A stretch of 57,574 bases of DNA, filler included, from Bipalium vagum (lineage: Eukaryota), in NCBI GenBank assembly GCA_037834085.1. It is 3 parts of 3 records of this genome, joined end to end, with 100 filler letters (N's around TTAATTAATTAA, not from the genome) between each part and the next. Parts side by side here need not be neighbours in the genome. Positions count along the whole stretch, not along the records: positions 33,083 to 57,574 come from JBBMKC010200608.1; 2 more parts are not named here. One strand, written 5' to 3'. Position numbers and translations under genes: made by a program. This document shows positions 33,800 to 47,850 of the stretch, piece by piece. The notes beneath the pieces are model-generated. The model did no database searches. It was not told where the DNA came from and saw only the letters and a program-made list of their open reading frames with translations. Within the stretch, counting starts at the first letter, position 1. Each line of letters begins with the position of its first letter.

Positions 33800-36700
33800 C
33801 TAAGAACAGCTTTCCATAAGACTTTGTAAATCGATAACAATCAATTTGATATTATTGTGCGATATGAGCACAGACGAATGGTTGTAAGGCCTCAAACTCT
33901 TTCTCAGACAATCGATAGCATCCAGGAACTGTGTGCACTGTTCAATGAGTTTGAATTTGAGTTTTGCCGAAGAAATCGATGAGTTACCAAATCGTATGAA
34001 ACGAGAATGCGTGGTCTCCAATTTTTCGATCAATGAATTTAAAAATTCGCTGTTCTGACTGAAAGACAAAGGTTTCAATTGAGCACGTTCCAACTCTTGA
34101 CAAATGACTGTCAGGTCACTCAAAATCTTTTCCTTGGAAACGGAACTAATTTCATCTTCTCCTTCTGTTCCACCACCGTTGTTTCCAGAGTCATTCAACG
34201 ACTTTCCCATATCTGCTTTCTTTGAGTTGTATTGCTGAACGACAGAAGGACGATCTTCGGTACGACTGATGATTGATTTTCCCGGAGCTGGAACGAGAAC
34301 GTCATATTTTGGCAGTTTTGGAATGTAACTGGTTTTTGTGTTTTCATCAATTTTTTTCGACAATAATTCATTTTTGTGAGGTTTATTATTTTGCTCGACT
34401 TCTTTTTTCTTTGATGTGACAACAGTCAGATCAATATGGTCTTCAATCATTCCATTATTGTCCATTTTCATTTTCAACTTCGATCGCAACTCTGTCTGGA
34501 AATCTTTCACATCGGTTTTCGATTTAGACCCTACTGAATGAATACGTTTGATTTCCGATTGGTTGTCCGTGGAGACCGTTTTTGGGGAGCTCTGTTTCGG
34601 TAATGTTAAATATCTGAACGGCTTGAATACACTGGAACAAGATCCTGAACTTGCATCCGAGCTTCTCGTTCCTCCTACTGATGATGCTACTGGTGATACA
34701 GACATCTTCCCTCCTAGTTCTTTTTCTTTGGCTTTAGACTGCGAAGACTTAAACTCATAACTTCGATTTGGAAAGAACGATTTATTTTGGTCCAAGTTTC
34801 GCTCACTTGTCGATAGCTTGGCAGGAATCTGATCAGGTCTTTTTGACGACTTCGTTTTTGTCATGGAAGGCAGAAAATGCTGACTTGATTTCATCGATTG
34901 ATTGAACGACGACTTAGGTTGTTCATGTAAAGATATTTTGTGAAAATTTTGCGATAGCACGTTATCTGACGGAGGGAGTGGCAAGAGCTCGTCGTCAGAA
35001 ACAGTTTTGTAAGCATCTGCGAAGCGAAAGGTCAAACTGAAATAGATCAATAAACTACAATTATCTGGCTAACCTTCAATGATTGAGTCTTCCATTATTC
35101 CCATCGAGTTTGACATTGTAAAACTAGCAGTAAGAGACAAATCTTTGAGTGGAGTGGTTCGCAACGGTGGAACCGGCGGTTCCTTTCTCTTAAAAGCCTT
35201 ATGAGCCACCAATTCATCTTGATCTGGCGGCGTTGGCAAACAGTCATAAGCATTGCTGCATCTTTTAGCTTGGTCGGACTTTCTTCCTCTATTATCATCT
35301 GTTATCGATTTTTTAATGAAAAATGAATTCTTAACGAGAACAGGAAAATTTACCGGTTTTTCTGGAAATGGTTTCTTTGGCAATTTCAATATCAATTTGC
35401 TCATTGATATTCGAAAGTAAGTTTTCCAAATCAACGTGCAATTCCTTGAAGGATGGGCGGTTATCGGCAAACCATTGCCAACCTGAAATCATTTGAATGG
35501 AAATACAATAAATACGTTACTCGAAATGAAACAGTCTGAATATATAATAATATTGTGCGAAAATTTTTTTATACTATTGCTTTATCACTGGTAAATGTTC
35601 TTATTTAAAAGTCCCTGATATAATGATACATCAGACGAAATGAAACTGAATTTTCAAAATAATGTTAATTTGTTCAAACTTGTAGCAAGCCAATATTATT
35701 TTTGTTGTAAGATTCGTAAGAATTGGAAAATTTATGAATTGGAAGATTTTTTTTACCTTAACCTTCAAAGAAATGGATGTAAAAAATAATCCTAGAAAAT
35801 CCATAGCATTTTTTTAGATGGAAATATTAATACCAAAAAACATAACATAGTACTGTCTTTTGACAGAAATTGTATTATAAAGATAAAAAGGTAAAAAAAT
35901 AATTTAATTTGGCATTAAAAGCCAAATAGGTAAGAAAAAACAAATAAAACTGGCAAATTGACAATAACATTTAATGTGAAGTAAAAGTAGATATATATTG
36001 TTTGTTTTAATAAGGATTCCTTTCATTTAATAAACACTGCATTTATTTGAAAATATTTCATAGCGTGTATTGCCAAATAAGATTACAAATACGGAAAACG
36101 TCAAACTGTTTTTACGCCGTTTAACTGGAAATTTACCACATAGTGAGTTTTTTTTTAGCAACAAAATTATTATAAAGATTATCATAACTATTTTTATTTG
36201 ATATTATTTTTCAAAACACTCTAATTCAAAAACCATTAACGAAATAAAATTTTAAGATAATTAAGAATTTTTTTATTGATTTTTAATTCAAATATTTTTA
36301 GCTGAAAATTTAAAAAATTTAAATTAATAGACAATCAAAATTTAACATTCATAGGTTTTATCAATTTAAATGAATCAATAGTCAAAAATTCTATATTCAG
36401 TGATTTTTAAAAAAAAAATATTTGTCCTTAAAATTTTCAAAGGTAAAAATATTAAAATTTAATTTTCGAAAAAATAAAAATTTTCATAACTGAAAATAAA
36501 GATGATAGTCATGATTTTTTATATTTTAATTATTACTTTGAAGATCGCAATCAGATAACCATACATTATTTATCGTTCAAAATCCACTCAAGAACTTATC
36601 AATAAATAAATTCTCTAAATATACATATCTAACATATGACCAAGGCCAAATTTAGGAATATTATGTATATGTTGTTCGAGATGAAAAATTCTTAATAAAT

Positions 36701-39700
36701 AATAATAAAAAATAATTAAAGTTAAGTCCTCGTTATTTTCTTTGTTTCTTACCTTCAAAGGCAATTTGAAAGAATTAAATTAAAATCGATAAATTCTAAT
36801 GTGTAAAATTTTCTTGATAAAGAAAACAAATACTATTGAATTTTAAAAAAATTTTCTATCGAAAATATTTCTACATTTAAAAATGTTTTATTAATTAAAA
36901 GATGAACATTTATAATCAAATAATAATATAATGTAATTTTTATAAAATCTTCTGATAAGGAATAAACAAAATAAGTGATTTTAGACATCTTTATCAACTT
37001 TAAATATTTCTTTTAGGATATAGATAGATCGAAATCAATTAAAATATTTTCCGAAGTTAAAAATGAATTTCTTCAGCAACCATAAAGAAATACATTTTGT
37101 TTTAGGTTTAAAAATGTATCATCATTATAGCCAACTTTATTATTAATTCTGATAAAAACAGGAATTAGTACAAATCGTAATATAAATTAAGTTCTTGTCG
37201 ATTATATGAAAAAAAAGTATTAGTCAATATTTTTAATTTTAGATATATTTAGTCATTAAATTATAACTCATCAAATTGTATGACTTATCCTAATGATTTT
37301 ACAAATTGGTACTTCAAATTTTCATAAAAATCTTATTTCTAACTGAGGAAGAAAATGGACACTTCTATATTAAGATCTATTTCATTTGTGAACTTTTTTC
37401 ATCTCAAATATTTATCAGGATTAAGAAATAAAAGAAATTGTTTTGGTGAAGTCAGGGAGAGCCCATGATATGCCACCCAAGTTGAGTTATCTTGTCCATA
37501 GTTTGTCTCTACTACAGGCAGCCGAGCATTATCTTGAGGAAATAGAATTTTATTTCTGTTCACGAACACTAGGTGTTTTTTCTAGCAATTTTTCATGAAC
37601 TTTTATTATTGAGCATGTTAGGTATAAGCGGTTATCGTTCCTTTTGATTTCAGCAACTCATAGAGAATCATTCCCTCACAAGTCCACCAAACATGCAGTA
37701 AAAACTTTCTGAAATAGACCAACCATCGGAACTTATGGCAAGAGATCAGTAGGAAATAACCAATGATGTGCTCTCTTTGGTTTAGAAAACATTACTGACT
37801 TTTCATCGGATATCAGTATTCTATAAAAAAAGACTCTGGTTTCAGCCGAATATTATGAGAAGAGGATATTGTGAGTTGTTGAACTATTTTCTTATTTTCC
37901 ATTTTTTTCTTATCCGATTGTTTCTTCGCAGAAATTAAATATCAGACAAGTTCCTTACACGTTGAACACGAATCTGAGTCGATTGTTTTTCTCAAGTAAT
38001 CATTGTTCATGTTAACAGGCTCCTCAGACTTCGATGCATCTTCCAGATTTTAATCACCAGGACAAACTTTTTGAACTAGGAGTTCTTTCCTTTACTGTTG
38101 AAAAAATTTTCGACTGGCTGCTTTTCAGGTATTTGACCACATAAATTCATACAGTAAGCAGCAACGAATGATTGAATTATATAAGTTAATGATATTTTTA
38201 ATATCAAAGTACGTAATCGATTTAAGGTAATAAAAAAAATTGATTTTCTGAAGTATAAATAAAATATTTAATGAAATGTCAATTTAATAAAATCAGTAAG
38301 AAATTGTATTGGTATCTCATATCTTAATAAATCGATAAATTTTAAAATAATTGTACAATAAATTTCCGGTTAAGTTTACAAAAAATATATAAAATCAGAA
38401 ATACTGAGAAAACAAAAGAAATAAATACAAATTAAAATTGAAAATATTTTCATGTTAAAATAATTATAAATCACATAGTAAGTCATGCTTATTAAATATC
38501 AAGAATTAACGGAAAACGTATTTTGTCAATTATTATTAGAAAATCTTATACATAGAAATAGAAATATTTTCATATAATACTATTGTGTATGTAACAGAAT
38601 AATAAATTATAATAAATATATATGCCAGACTGAAAAGTGCAAATTTTAAGATGTGGACTGATAAAAACCTATCAATACAGAAATTTTATACGAATTTTTC
38701 TTAAACTTGGATTTTAAATGAAATATTAAAAAGTTTATTAAAAATTTTACACTGACAAAATAAAAATACCATGAGCAAAAAATCTACATTTCCAACTTTT
38801 ATAAAATGACATTTTCTTTGGAAAAAGCTTTGAGATTTTTATAATAATAAATTTAATACATCTTTAAAAATCGATGAATACATTGCAAAATTTTGACAGT
38901 GAATATATATACTTTCTTTTGAAGCATGAAACTTCAAGACAATCACGATACCCATTATCTGAAATCAATAGACAAATATTTTCAGACTTGCTTTTTCCGA
39001 GATTTCAAAAAATGATTGATGTTTAATTTAAGTAAAATTTCTTTAGTGAAAATCAATTATATTATTAAATTTTCCTTCAATTATCGCTCAATAAATTTCA
39101 CATATTTAGAAATTTTGCACATTTATCAATTGGTTTAAATTAAAAATCTCAAAGACAATTTTTCCTTAGTGATGTTAAAATAGATAAACTTGCATAATAA
39201 AGATGTACAATTTACGAAAATATAAAAGATAAGTCAGAAAAAAATAATAATTTTATTTTTAATCAATTAAAGTCCAGTTAAAAAATCAGTTAAAGATAAA
39301 CATTATATTCAATATCGATTATTATTAATAAATATTATTAAATATAAATATTTTTCGATTATATATATTTCCAATGTATAGTGAATTTAAATTAATTAAA
39401 TTAAAATAATCTAAATGATTTAAGAAAATATTTTGTTGTTAACATACATATTCGCATAAACCAAAAAATTCTGCAATATATGATAATTAAAGTATCATTG
39501 GAAAAAATTGATTTTACACATTCCGAAAAATAAACTATAAATAATAATAATAAACTGGATATAAATTTAAATCAATAGTAAAATTATTATATTTCTTATA
39601 GCCTACTAAGAAGAAACAATATATTTTTGAACTTTTTTTTAAAAAATCAATTTTAAAAAATGATTGATTTTTCAATAATAATAATTATAATTGAAACTAA

Positions 39701-42700
39701 CATTTCGTCATAAGATCATAAATATTGTTCGGACACCCTTTTGGTCTGCACATTCTGTTACCTTTCTCCAAATAAACATATACGTCCGAGAGCTCAATTC
39801 CAGGATATGGACTCATACCGTATGTGGCCAATTCCCATAACAATATCCCGAAAGCCCAGACATCTGATTTCGTTGAAAAAATATTGTATGCCAATCCTTC
39901 TGGAGCCGTCCATTTAATTGGAAACTTAGCACCGACATGTGCGGTATAAGTATCATCAAGTTCCATACAGCGAGCCAACCCGAAATCGGCAACTTTAACG
40001 ATATTGTCCTGTCCCACAAGACAGTTTCTGGCAGCCAAATCCCTGATTTTAATTACCTATTAAAATTTTTGGTGCCACATCTCTAAAAATCATCACCTGT
40101 GAATAAAGTTTTCCTTTTCCAAATACGCCATCCCGGCAGAAATTTGAATAGCCATATACAAAAGCACTGGAGGAGATAAATCTTTTGTATTGGAACGGAG
40201 ATAATCTAACAGATTTCCATTTTCCATAAATTCTGTTATTATATAATTTGGAGGTTCTTGAGTACAAACTCCTGAAATCCAAAGGTCAATAAAATGTATT
40301 TTGTTTCAATAAATGCCAAATAAAGATAAAAAAAAGGTCAGTTATTAAAAGTTTTGTAAATTATTATTATTATCAATAATGTGCAAAATCAGTGGAAAAA
40401 GTATTCATAAATTTTTTTTGCCAAGTTTATTCCTCGTGCATAAAATGAAGACCAAAAAAAGGCTCGTGTTGAATATTGTAAAGATCTCTTCATCACTGTT
40501 GAAAACAATTCAGATTATATTGACTCAATTATAACTGGTGATGAGAGGTGGTGTTTCAAATATTAGGTTGTCACATATGAAATGTCCGATTACACAATAT
40601 ACCATAAAAGTCCAATAAAAAAGTTTTATTTAATTGAAATATTCACCATCAGATTTTACACATTTTTGCCATCTAGAAACTAGTTTCAAAATAAAAAATC
40701 GGGTTCTCTAGATTCGATGAATTTTGATATGACCTTTTTGACATCCTCCGGATAAGCAATAATTTTTTTATACAAAAAATTATCTAAATGTTTTAAAAAA
40801 TGATAATCTGTTGGAGATAAGTCGGGTGAATATGGTGGATGTTTCAAAGTTTTAATTTTTAAGTCTAACAGCTTTCGCAACGTCTTCTTTGACACATGTG
40901 GTCTGGCATTATCATGGAAGAGTATGATTCCTTTCCTATTGACCAAAGAAGGTTGTTTAATGCATAAAGCTTGATCACCATGCAACTTTTTTCTATTCCC
41001 AAAACTGAAATTAGCATTGAAAGATGTTTTATGATGTGTTCAAGATTTTCAAGCAGTCGTGACAAGAGTACTCAAGAAAATTCCTGTCAGTGACTTTGAA
41101 AAATCTATGAATCTGATCGTACCAGATGTTGTATCGAATTCCATAGAACCATTTTGAATAATTATAATCTTCCATAGATAATATGTGTATTTTACTGTTT
41201 ATCGATAGAGTTCGGTTATTTACCGGGGACGGAATAAAATTTGCGACTGATAAATATCCTTTTGTTTTGACACCAATAATATTTTATTTGTTAGTCATAA
41301 ATATTTATTATAAGCATTTTTTGTCTAATAAAATAAAAACTAATTTTTATTTATACAGTAAAATTATATCAAGCAAAAATCAAAGGATTATTGATCTTTT
41401 GAACGCAGGAAAAATATCAGATGAAATTGTAAAAGCTCTTGTGGTACACCGAGCAACAGTATTTCGTGTTCAAGTACGTTTCAAAGTAAAAGGAACTATA
41501 GAAAGACAACATGGTAGTGGAAGATCTAGATCCAAGCGTACACAATCTAACATAAATGCAGTGAAACCCAGAATAAAGAGAAATCCTTTCAGATCCATGA
41601 GAAAGGATGGCCAATGAGTTCAACAAATGAGTTTGGTACTATTAAAAGTACTATGAAAAACCATTTGCACGCAATTGGAAAGAGAAGCGGAAAATGGGTT
41701 CTGCGCGAACTTAGCAATTACCACAGGTAGCGAGTAATCAATACTAAAATTCTTCGTCGCCAAACTAAGAACAATAAATTCCTTGACTTCATTGTAACGT
41801 CATGATTATCACACAATAATACAAGAAAACAGTGGTAAGACGTTGGCGAACAACTAAAACAGACTCCAAAGCCAAATATTCATAATTCAAGGTCATGCTT
41901 TGTGTATGGCGGAACAACATAAATTTGGTATATTTTTAGCTGCTGGATAAGGGTCAGACGGTTAATGCAGAACAACTCAACTATGTGGACCAAGCTTATT
42001 GCATCGTCATGCTATAAATACCTCTAAAACAAAATTTATCCATGATAACACCTGCCCACACAAGTAAAGATCACCTAAAAAAATCAAGGATTTTATCTGG
42101 ACAGTTTTGTGCTATCCGCCCTACAGTCAAAAGTCCATCCAGTCTAATCAGATCGATGCAGCATTCTTTGGAAAATAAAACATTCAAAAACAACTATATC
42201 GAAATAAGGGTATCACAGTTCTTTGTCACAACCAGGAGACTTTTTAAAGAAGAATATCTATTTGCGTTGAAGATAGCAAAGAATTATTGATAATTTTAAC
42301 TGTTTATTGTTGATTCTGATATAAATTTTGTTTTTGATAAAAAACGACTTTTATATTTGACCTACCTAATATTTTACATGAGCAATTTTTAAAATTTTTT
42401 TAAATTAAAATGATGTAAATGATTTGGTTAATAAAATTCTACCTTTATTTTTACTGTCCTAAATAAGTAAACTTGTCAACAATCAAATATTTCATTCAAT
42501 TAAATTTATAATTATTTTTATTAGTTCATCGTATAATATATAATAATAAATATAATTACAATATTTACAGATTTAAAAATTATTTTTACTGTTCAAGAAA
42601 GATTTTATTATTAAATAAGATTTACATTTTATACTGTTTAGGTAACTTGGTAAAGAATTTCACCCCTTATTATCTAAATTAAAAGATTATTTAACAAAAG

Positions 42701-45700
42701 ATCGATATGATTTAAAAAGTTAATTTTATATTTTCTTTAAATTGAAGCTGATTTTAGACGATTATAATTGAGGAAAATTTTAACAAATAAAAACTTTGTA
42801 AGCAAAGAACAGAATCAATATCCAACGAAACCTTAGTAGATATATTTATTAATCAAAGATTTAAAATGAGCACTAAGTCATTTTAAATCAAATTTTCTCA
42901 CATCAATAAAACCAGACTGATATCCTTTGTCTGTAATAGTCAGAGGCAGCAATGCAGACTACTTTGTGAAATATTTAGAATCTTAGAATGGGTAAAATAA
43001 ACGAAGACAAATTTTCGATATGACCGTTACTTATTTAAGCGGAGAGAATAAATAAATCGATAAGTCATTACCGACTGGATATACATTTGCGATGGAGAGG
43101 GAGTATTCAGAAAACCAGCATCTTTTTCGAAGCACAGTGCAATACTGCATATTTTTTTTTATTCTATTTATTACAGTTTTTAGCAGGAAAAAAGGTCACG
43201 AAAAGAATTTGTGGAATTTATCTCAATACCGATTTTTTGCATATTTTGCACTTTATAATAGTTAGGTCATGCAAAAAAATTAACCTAATAACACTCATAG
43301 GAATGGGTAAAATTATTTACTTTAAATTAAAAGCATGGTCAATTTTTAGGAACAGGTCGTTTAAAAGTTACTTATAACCAAAGGATTTATACATTTTCAT
43401 TGATCAATAGAGTTTAATTTTTTAAAGTCAAAAAATGAAAAACAATTCCAAAAAATGGGAAAAGTCAAGAAAATTTATTTCCAAAAGTAACGACGTTTAG
43501 CATAGTTCTAAAAGATTAATGAAATTTAAAATAAATTAAGAGATATCTCCTAGATAATTTTATCTATTTCCAAAGGGTTCAAAATTTAGAGTAAATTTCT
43601 CAGTCCTAATTATAAATTTTCAGAAATGCTTTTATGGGAAATTACCCCAAAAATATGTTCATTTCTGTAATCATTATGCATAAAACTATTCAAATAATCT
43701 TCCTTGTGAAATTTCTATTCCATACACTAATTTTTAACAACAGATCATGTTCGATTATATATTCGACATATTTCATTAAAACAAGGTACAAAGTTATGGA
43801 TCTATCATTTTCAATTGTGATTTTAACCATCAAAACATTGTCTAAAATTTTGAAAAATAACAATTACAAAACTTTTTTTCAAAATTACATCATAATCGAA
43901 TTATTTCTACACTCATTAAAATGGAAAAGTTAAAGATTTCAAAAGAGAATATTGATTGATTTTATATATAAATAAATTCGAATTATTGTCTATTTTATAA
44001 ATACGCACATCACTTGTTCACGAAAATAATGATTTTCGAATAAAGAACTTGTTTTGTTTGTTCTGAACCCTGATTCAAACGACTTTCATATTTTCAGTTT
44101 CCGATCAACAAATACACAAGTACAAAATGATAAAGTCCTTCGTCGATATAATGTCAACATTCATTTCAGTCTTAAAAAGAATGAAAAACTGATGTTTTAA
44201 CAAACGTCCAGTGAAATATTGTTATTTTTGCGTGATTTAAAAACTATTCTTTGGAATAGACTTGTGTCAGAAGTCAAAATCAAAGATCAGAGATCAATAA
44301 AGTCTAATTATTTTCAGAATTAAAAACAAGCTCGCTGTAATAAATGAAAAAATAATATTTCTCATCATCATTAACAGCAAAAAATTATTTTATGATGGGA
44401 TGGTACAAAGAAAAAGTTTTTTAATATGAACAATTATGAAATAATAAAAAATTACATAAAATAATAATGAATCCGTGCAACAAAATTGTGTAATCAATAG
44501 TCAAATTTGATAAATTTTACAAAAGGAAAACAAACCCAAAAGCCGAACTAAATTTGGATGCTCGAGACTTTTCATTAACTTGGCCTCTTTCAGAAACTCT
44601 TCCGCAACGGATACATCTGTCTGAATTAATCAAAGGTATATCGTGGTTAAGAAATGGCAACAGTGCAAATAAAGATTTAAAATTCCAATTCTAATCAATG
44701 AAATTCACATAATTTTGCCACCATCAAATCACGGCTGGATTTCTCATAATATAAGTCGCGTTTAGCATAAGTTTGTTGATCTTTATGATAATGATCATAG
44801 AAAATTTCTTAGTTTTTTAAAGTAGTTTCCAATAGTCAAAGTCTATGTTGTATTAGTAAAGTTAAAGTGTTTCCAAGAGATTCTACTACACCCAATAATA
44901 TCCACAACTTAAGCAACAGATAATCACAACTTTGATCAAATCCAATCAGAATTTGGCGATAAATTGAAAGCAAAATTTTCGGACAAAAAATCTTAACTTC
45001 CAAAACTCATCCTTTTGTTTCCATTAATCAATAATAAGTAATAATAATTTCCCACGCTCACCAATAACGTTTTGTTTTATATTCACGTGTAAATTGATTA
45101 ATCAATACATTTTTCTAATGGTAGACATTGATTTTTCGATTTTTTATAAATAGAAAATATAAAACAATCTTAAAATTATCAAAATTTTCGAAAAGGACTC
45201 AACCATGAGGATATTTCTACAAAATTTTAAATCGATTTTTAATTGTAAAAAGAATTATAGTTAGAAATTCAAAAAATAAATTTACCAAATGAACTTCAAC
45301 TACATTTTACCATTTCAAATCAAAATTTGCTACCAAAGTATAAATATCGATTACCAAGAAAACATAAACGTCTTCATCATAATCATGAAAATTTCAAAGA
45401 AATTCACTAAATTAATTTCTAATCATCGATTAATTGTAAATCATAAATATTGGTCGAAGAGAAATCATAATTTTTTTAAAAATAAAATCATCAAATTATT
45501 GATTTTTAAAATTTTTATCAATTTGAAAATATATTGACATAAAATCGATTGAGAATTTAAAATCACGTTAAACAGAAAATTGGTAAGAAAATTTAATCAT
45601 CAGATATTATTCAAACGAATTTCAATGAATTGATATTGATATCAAATTGGCGGAAAATTTAAAGTGTGAACTTTATAAATATTCCAACGATGATAATATT

Positions 45701-47003
45701 TAATTGACAGTGACAACTTGAACATGTTTATTTAGATCTTGAGAACAATAACAAACACGTGAAACGATTTCAAAAGGGAAATAAGATTATTGACAAAAAC
45801 TTCTAATTGTTCTTCAACCAGGAAATATTAGAAATAAACAAAAACAACCGTGAAAAAAATAAAATCACTAGAATGTACCTTGACGGTTTTTACAGCAACC
45901 GTTATATTGAAACTTTTCCAAAAGGCCTCATATACAATTCCATATTGTCCACATCCTAAAGCGGCAACAATTCAATTAAGATACGAGCCCAGAATCAATC
46001 TTAACACAAACCCAATTGATTTTTCATGATGATTTCAGTTCGATCTATTTCCCAAACATCAGCTGAATAGTTTTCTCCCACTCCAAATACGGTAGCTTGA
46101 GCACCTTTCGGAGCGGGATATAATAACTGACAAGGCAGACCATCAGGATATTTGCAATGATAATCGATTAATTGTTTTATTGAATCAAATCCTTGATTTT
46201 CGGTTACATGATACTATAAACAATGATTAGATACATTACAAAGTTCGATGTTATAATAATAATCTACGAAAACGTGTATAAATCTTAACCTTATTGTTGT
46301 AATCTTTTGAAATCCTAAAATGATATATCTTGCCTTCGTAACGGAGACTGATTGATCTTAATCCTCGGTTTGATTCAGATTCACGAACCAAAAAGCTTCC
46401 CGTGATACCACTGTTTAATAAATATTCGGCAAAGCTCCGTGGAATTGTGCCATGGTACCATTTGTATTGTTGTAAAGATTGTTCATTTTCTTGACTTTCC
46501 TCAATTATCTCACCAATAACTCCGGCGGGAATCCAGCCACTATCTGCAGAATCCAACTTTTCCACCATAACCCATAACTTATCGGGACTATAACTTTTAA
46601 ATCTTAGCTGCTCGCCTTTATATCCTTATTATTAGGAATACATTAATAATTTAAAGACAACCTTTCTTTACTGATATTGTGTAATGGGGCTGGTGTGAGG
46701 AAAAATCATTTTGAGCAATTGTGTAGTTTATTTTGATTTCTGAAGACATAAAGGAACTCATATTGTTTTCATTTTTTTTTGATTGATTATTTTTTCCCCA
46801 TTCTGAAAGTAGAAAGTTTCATTATATTAGTTAAAAGAAATTATCTTTATTTTTTAATGAAAATATTAATGATTTTCCAATGCAAAAATAAAAGCTTAAT
46901 TACCGTCATTAATAGAATTAAATAAATTACAATTACTTATATTTTCTGCTAAGCTGTTATTAATGTTATTTACAGGTTTTTCTTTATACTGTTGATTACC
47001 CAT
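33800..47003 (-). CDS. abl: Abl-family non-receptor tyrosine kinase (SH3-SH2-kinase-PxxP-F-actin-binding), about 1005 aa, 11 exons
   Basis: Exons 46904-47003, 46662-46802, 46290-46615, 46012-46213, 45879-45955, 44536-44620, 40097-40271, 39702-40042, 35354-35482, 35074-35298, 33800-35016; all GT-AG, 3018 nt in frame. MGNQQYK N-terminus, SH2 WYHG...[27 protein letters not shown]...[42 protein letters not shown]-like C-terminus. Confidence 0.95.
37380..38150 (-). mobile_element. Highly decayed mariner relic in Abl intron
   Basis: DKITQLGW...SPDF-like remnant near 37450-37500; boundaries approximate. Confidence 0.45.
40400..41240 (+). mobile_element. mariner relic (outer, +) split by a nested mariner
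   Basis: [21 protein letters not shown]...[12 protein letters not shown] up to the TA at 40561; resumes near 40980 with [14 protein letters not shown]...CCIE...HFE*. Confidence 0.8.
40563..40975 (-). mobile_element. Nested mariner 3' half (inner, -)
   Basis: TA|TTAGGTTGTCACATATGAAATG TIR; FHDNARPH...[15 protein letters not shown] (DD34D). Confidence 0.88.
41360..41620 (+). mobile_element. maT/Tc1-type transposase N-terminal relic
   Basis: RIIDLLNAG...VHRATVFRV...[10 protein letters not shown]...[12 protein letters not shown]. Confidence 0.75.
41620..42371 (+). mobile_element. mariner relic (3' two-thirds)
   Basis: [20 protein letters not shown] remnants; TIR-like TTTGACCTACCTAATA end. Confidence 0.7.
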
Positions 47004-47261
47004 ATTAATTTTACTAAAAAATCAAAGTTTATAACGCTGCAAATTCATATATTGAATATAATTAAACAAATGATACATTAATTATATAAAAATATTTATT
47101 TGATATGAAATTACAGAAAAAATGTATTTTTCAAGTTTTTTAAACTTTAAGATGTTGACATATTAATTTTCTGTTATTAAAGCGTATAATTTAACTAGAT
47201 TAAATTGTTATTAAATAAAATGTTATTAAAACTGCACACAATACATTAAAATTATTATTAA

Positions 47262-47850
47262 TAGTGTCCTACTTAAAATTAATTATAGTTGATTTATTAT
47301 TCTTTTAAGAAAATAAACCATATTTTATATAGGTTAAAGAATAACAAACTTTACAGATTACAATTTTTTCATTTTCCAATTAGTACCTTGCACAGCATTT
47401 GTTGTCTAGTTACGTACAATGCTTTTAATTTGTCTCGCTTCTTTGAGTTAAATTGCAATATTCCTTCAATTCATTAAAATTCTTAAACTGCAGACCATCA
47501 TAAATATCATTTGAAAAAAATTTTCAAATGTTTCCAACGATATTTAGATCAGGACTCTTATGTGGTCATTCCAAATTCCTAATGTCTCTGTCTTTCATAC
47601 ATTTCTGAACAGTTTTTGCATTATGAACTGTAAAATTGTCCGATTGGAAGAATAAATCAGAAAATTAATTTAATTTAAATTGCAAATTAGTGCGATATTT
47701 ATCTGAAGTGTAAATAATCCTTCCTTCTAGATTTGCCATTAATTATTTTATGGGACAACAGCTCATTTGGTATCACCATAAGCCAAATTATAGCACCGCC
47801 TCCAACTATTAGAATTTACCAATAAAATTTTTTCTTCTCATAGACGTAAA
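47262..47850 (-). mobile_element. Tc1 (DD34E) relic
   Basis: FFQSDNFTVHNAK...LE*PHKSPDLNIVGNI* matches Tc1 FQQDNA.H...WP..SPDLN.IEN.W. Confidence 0.75.
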
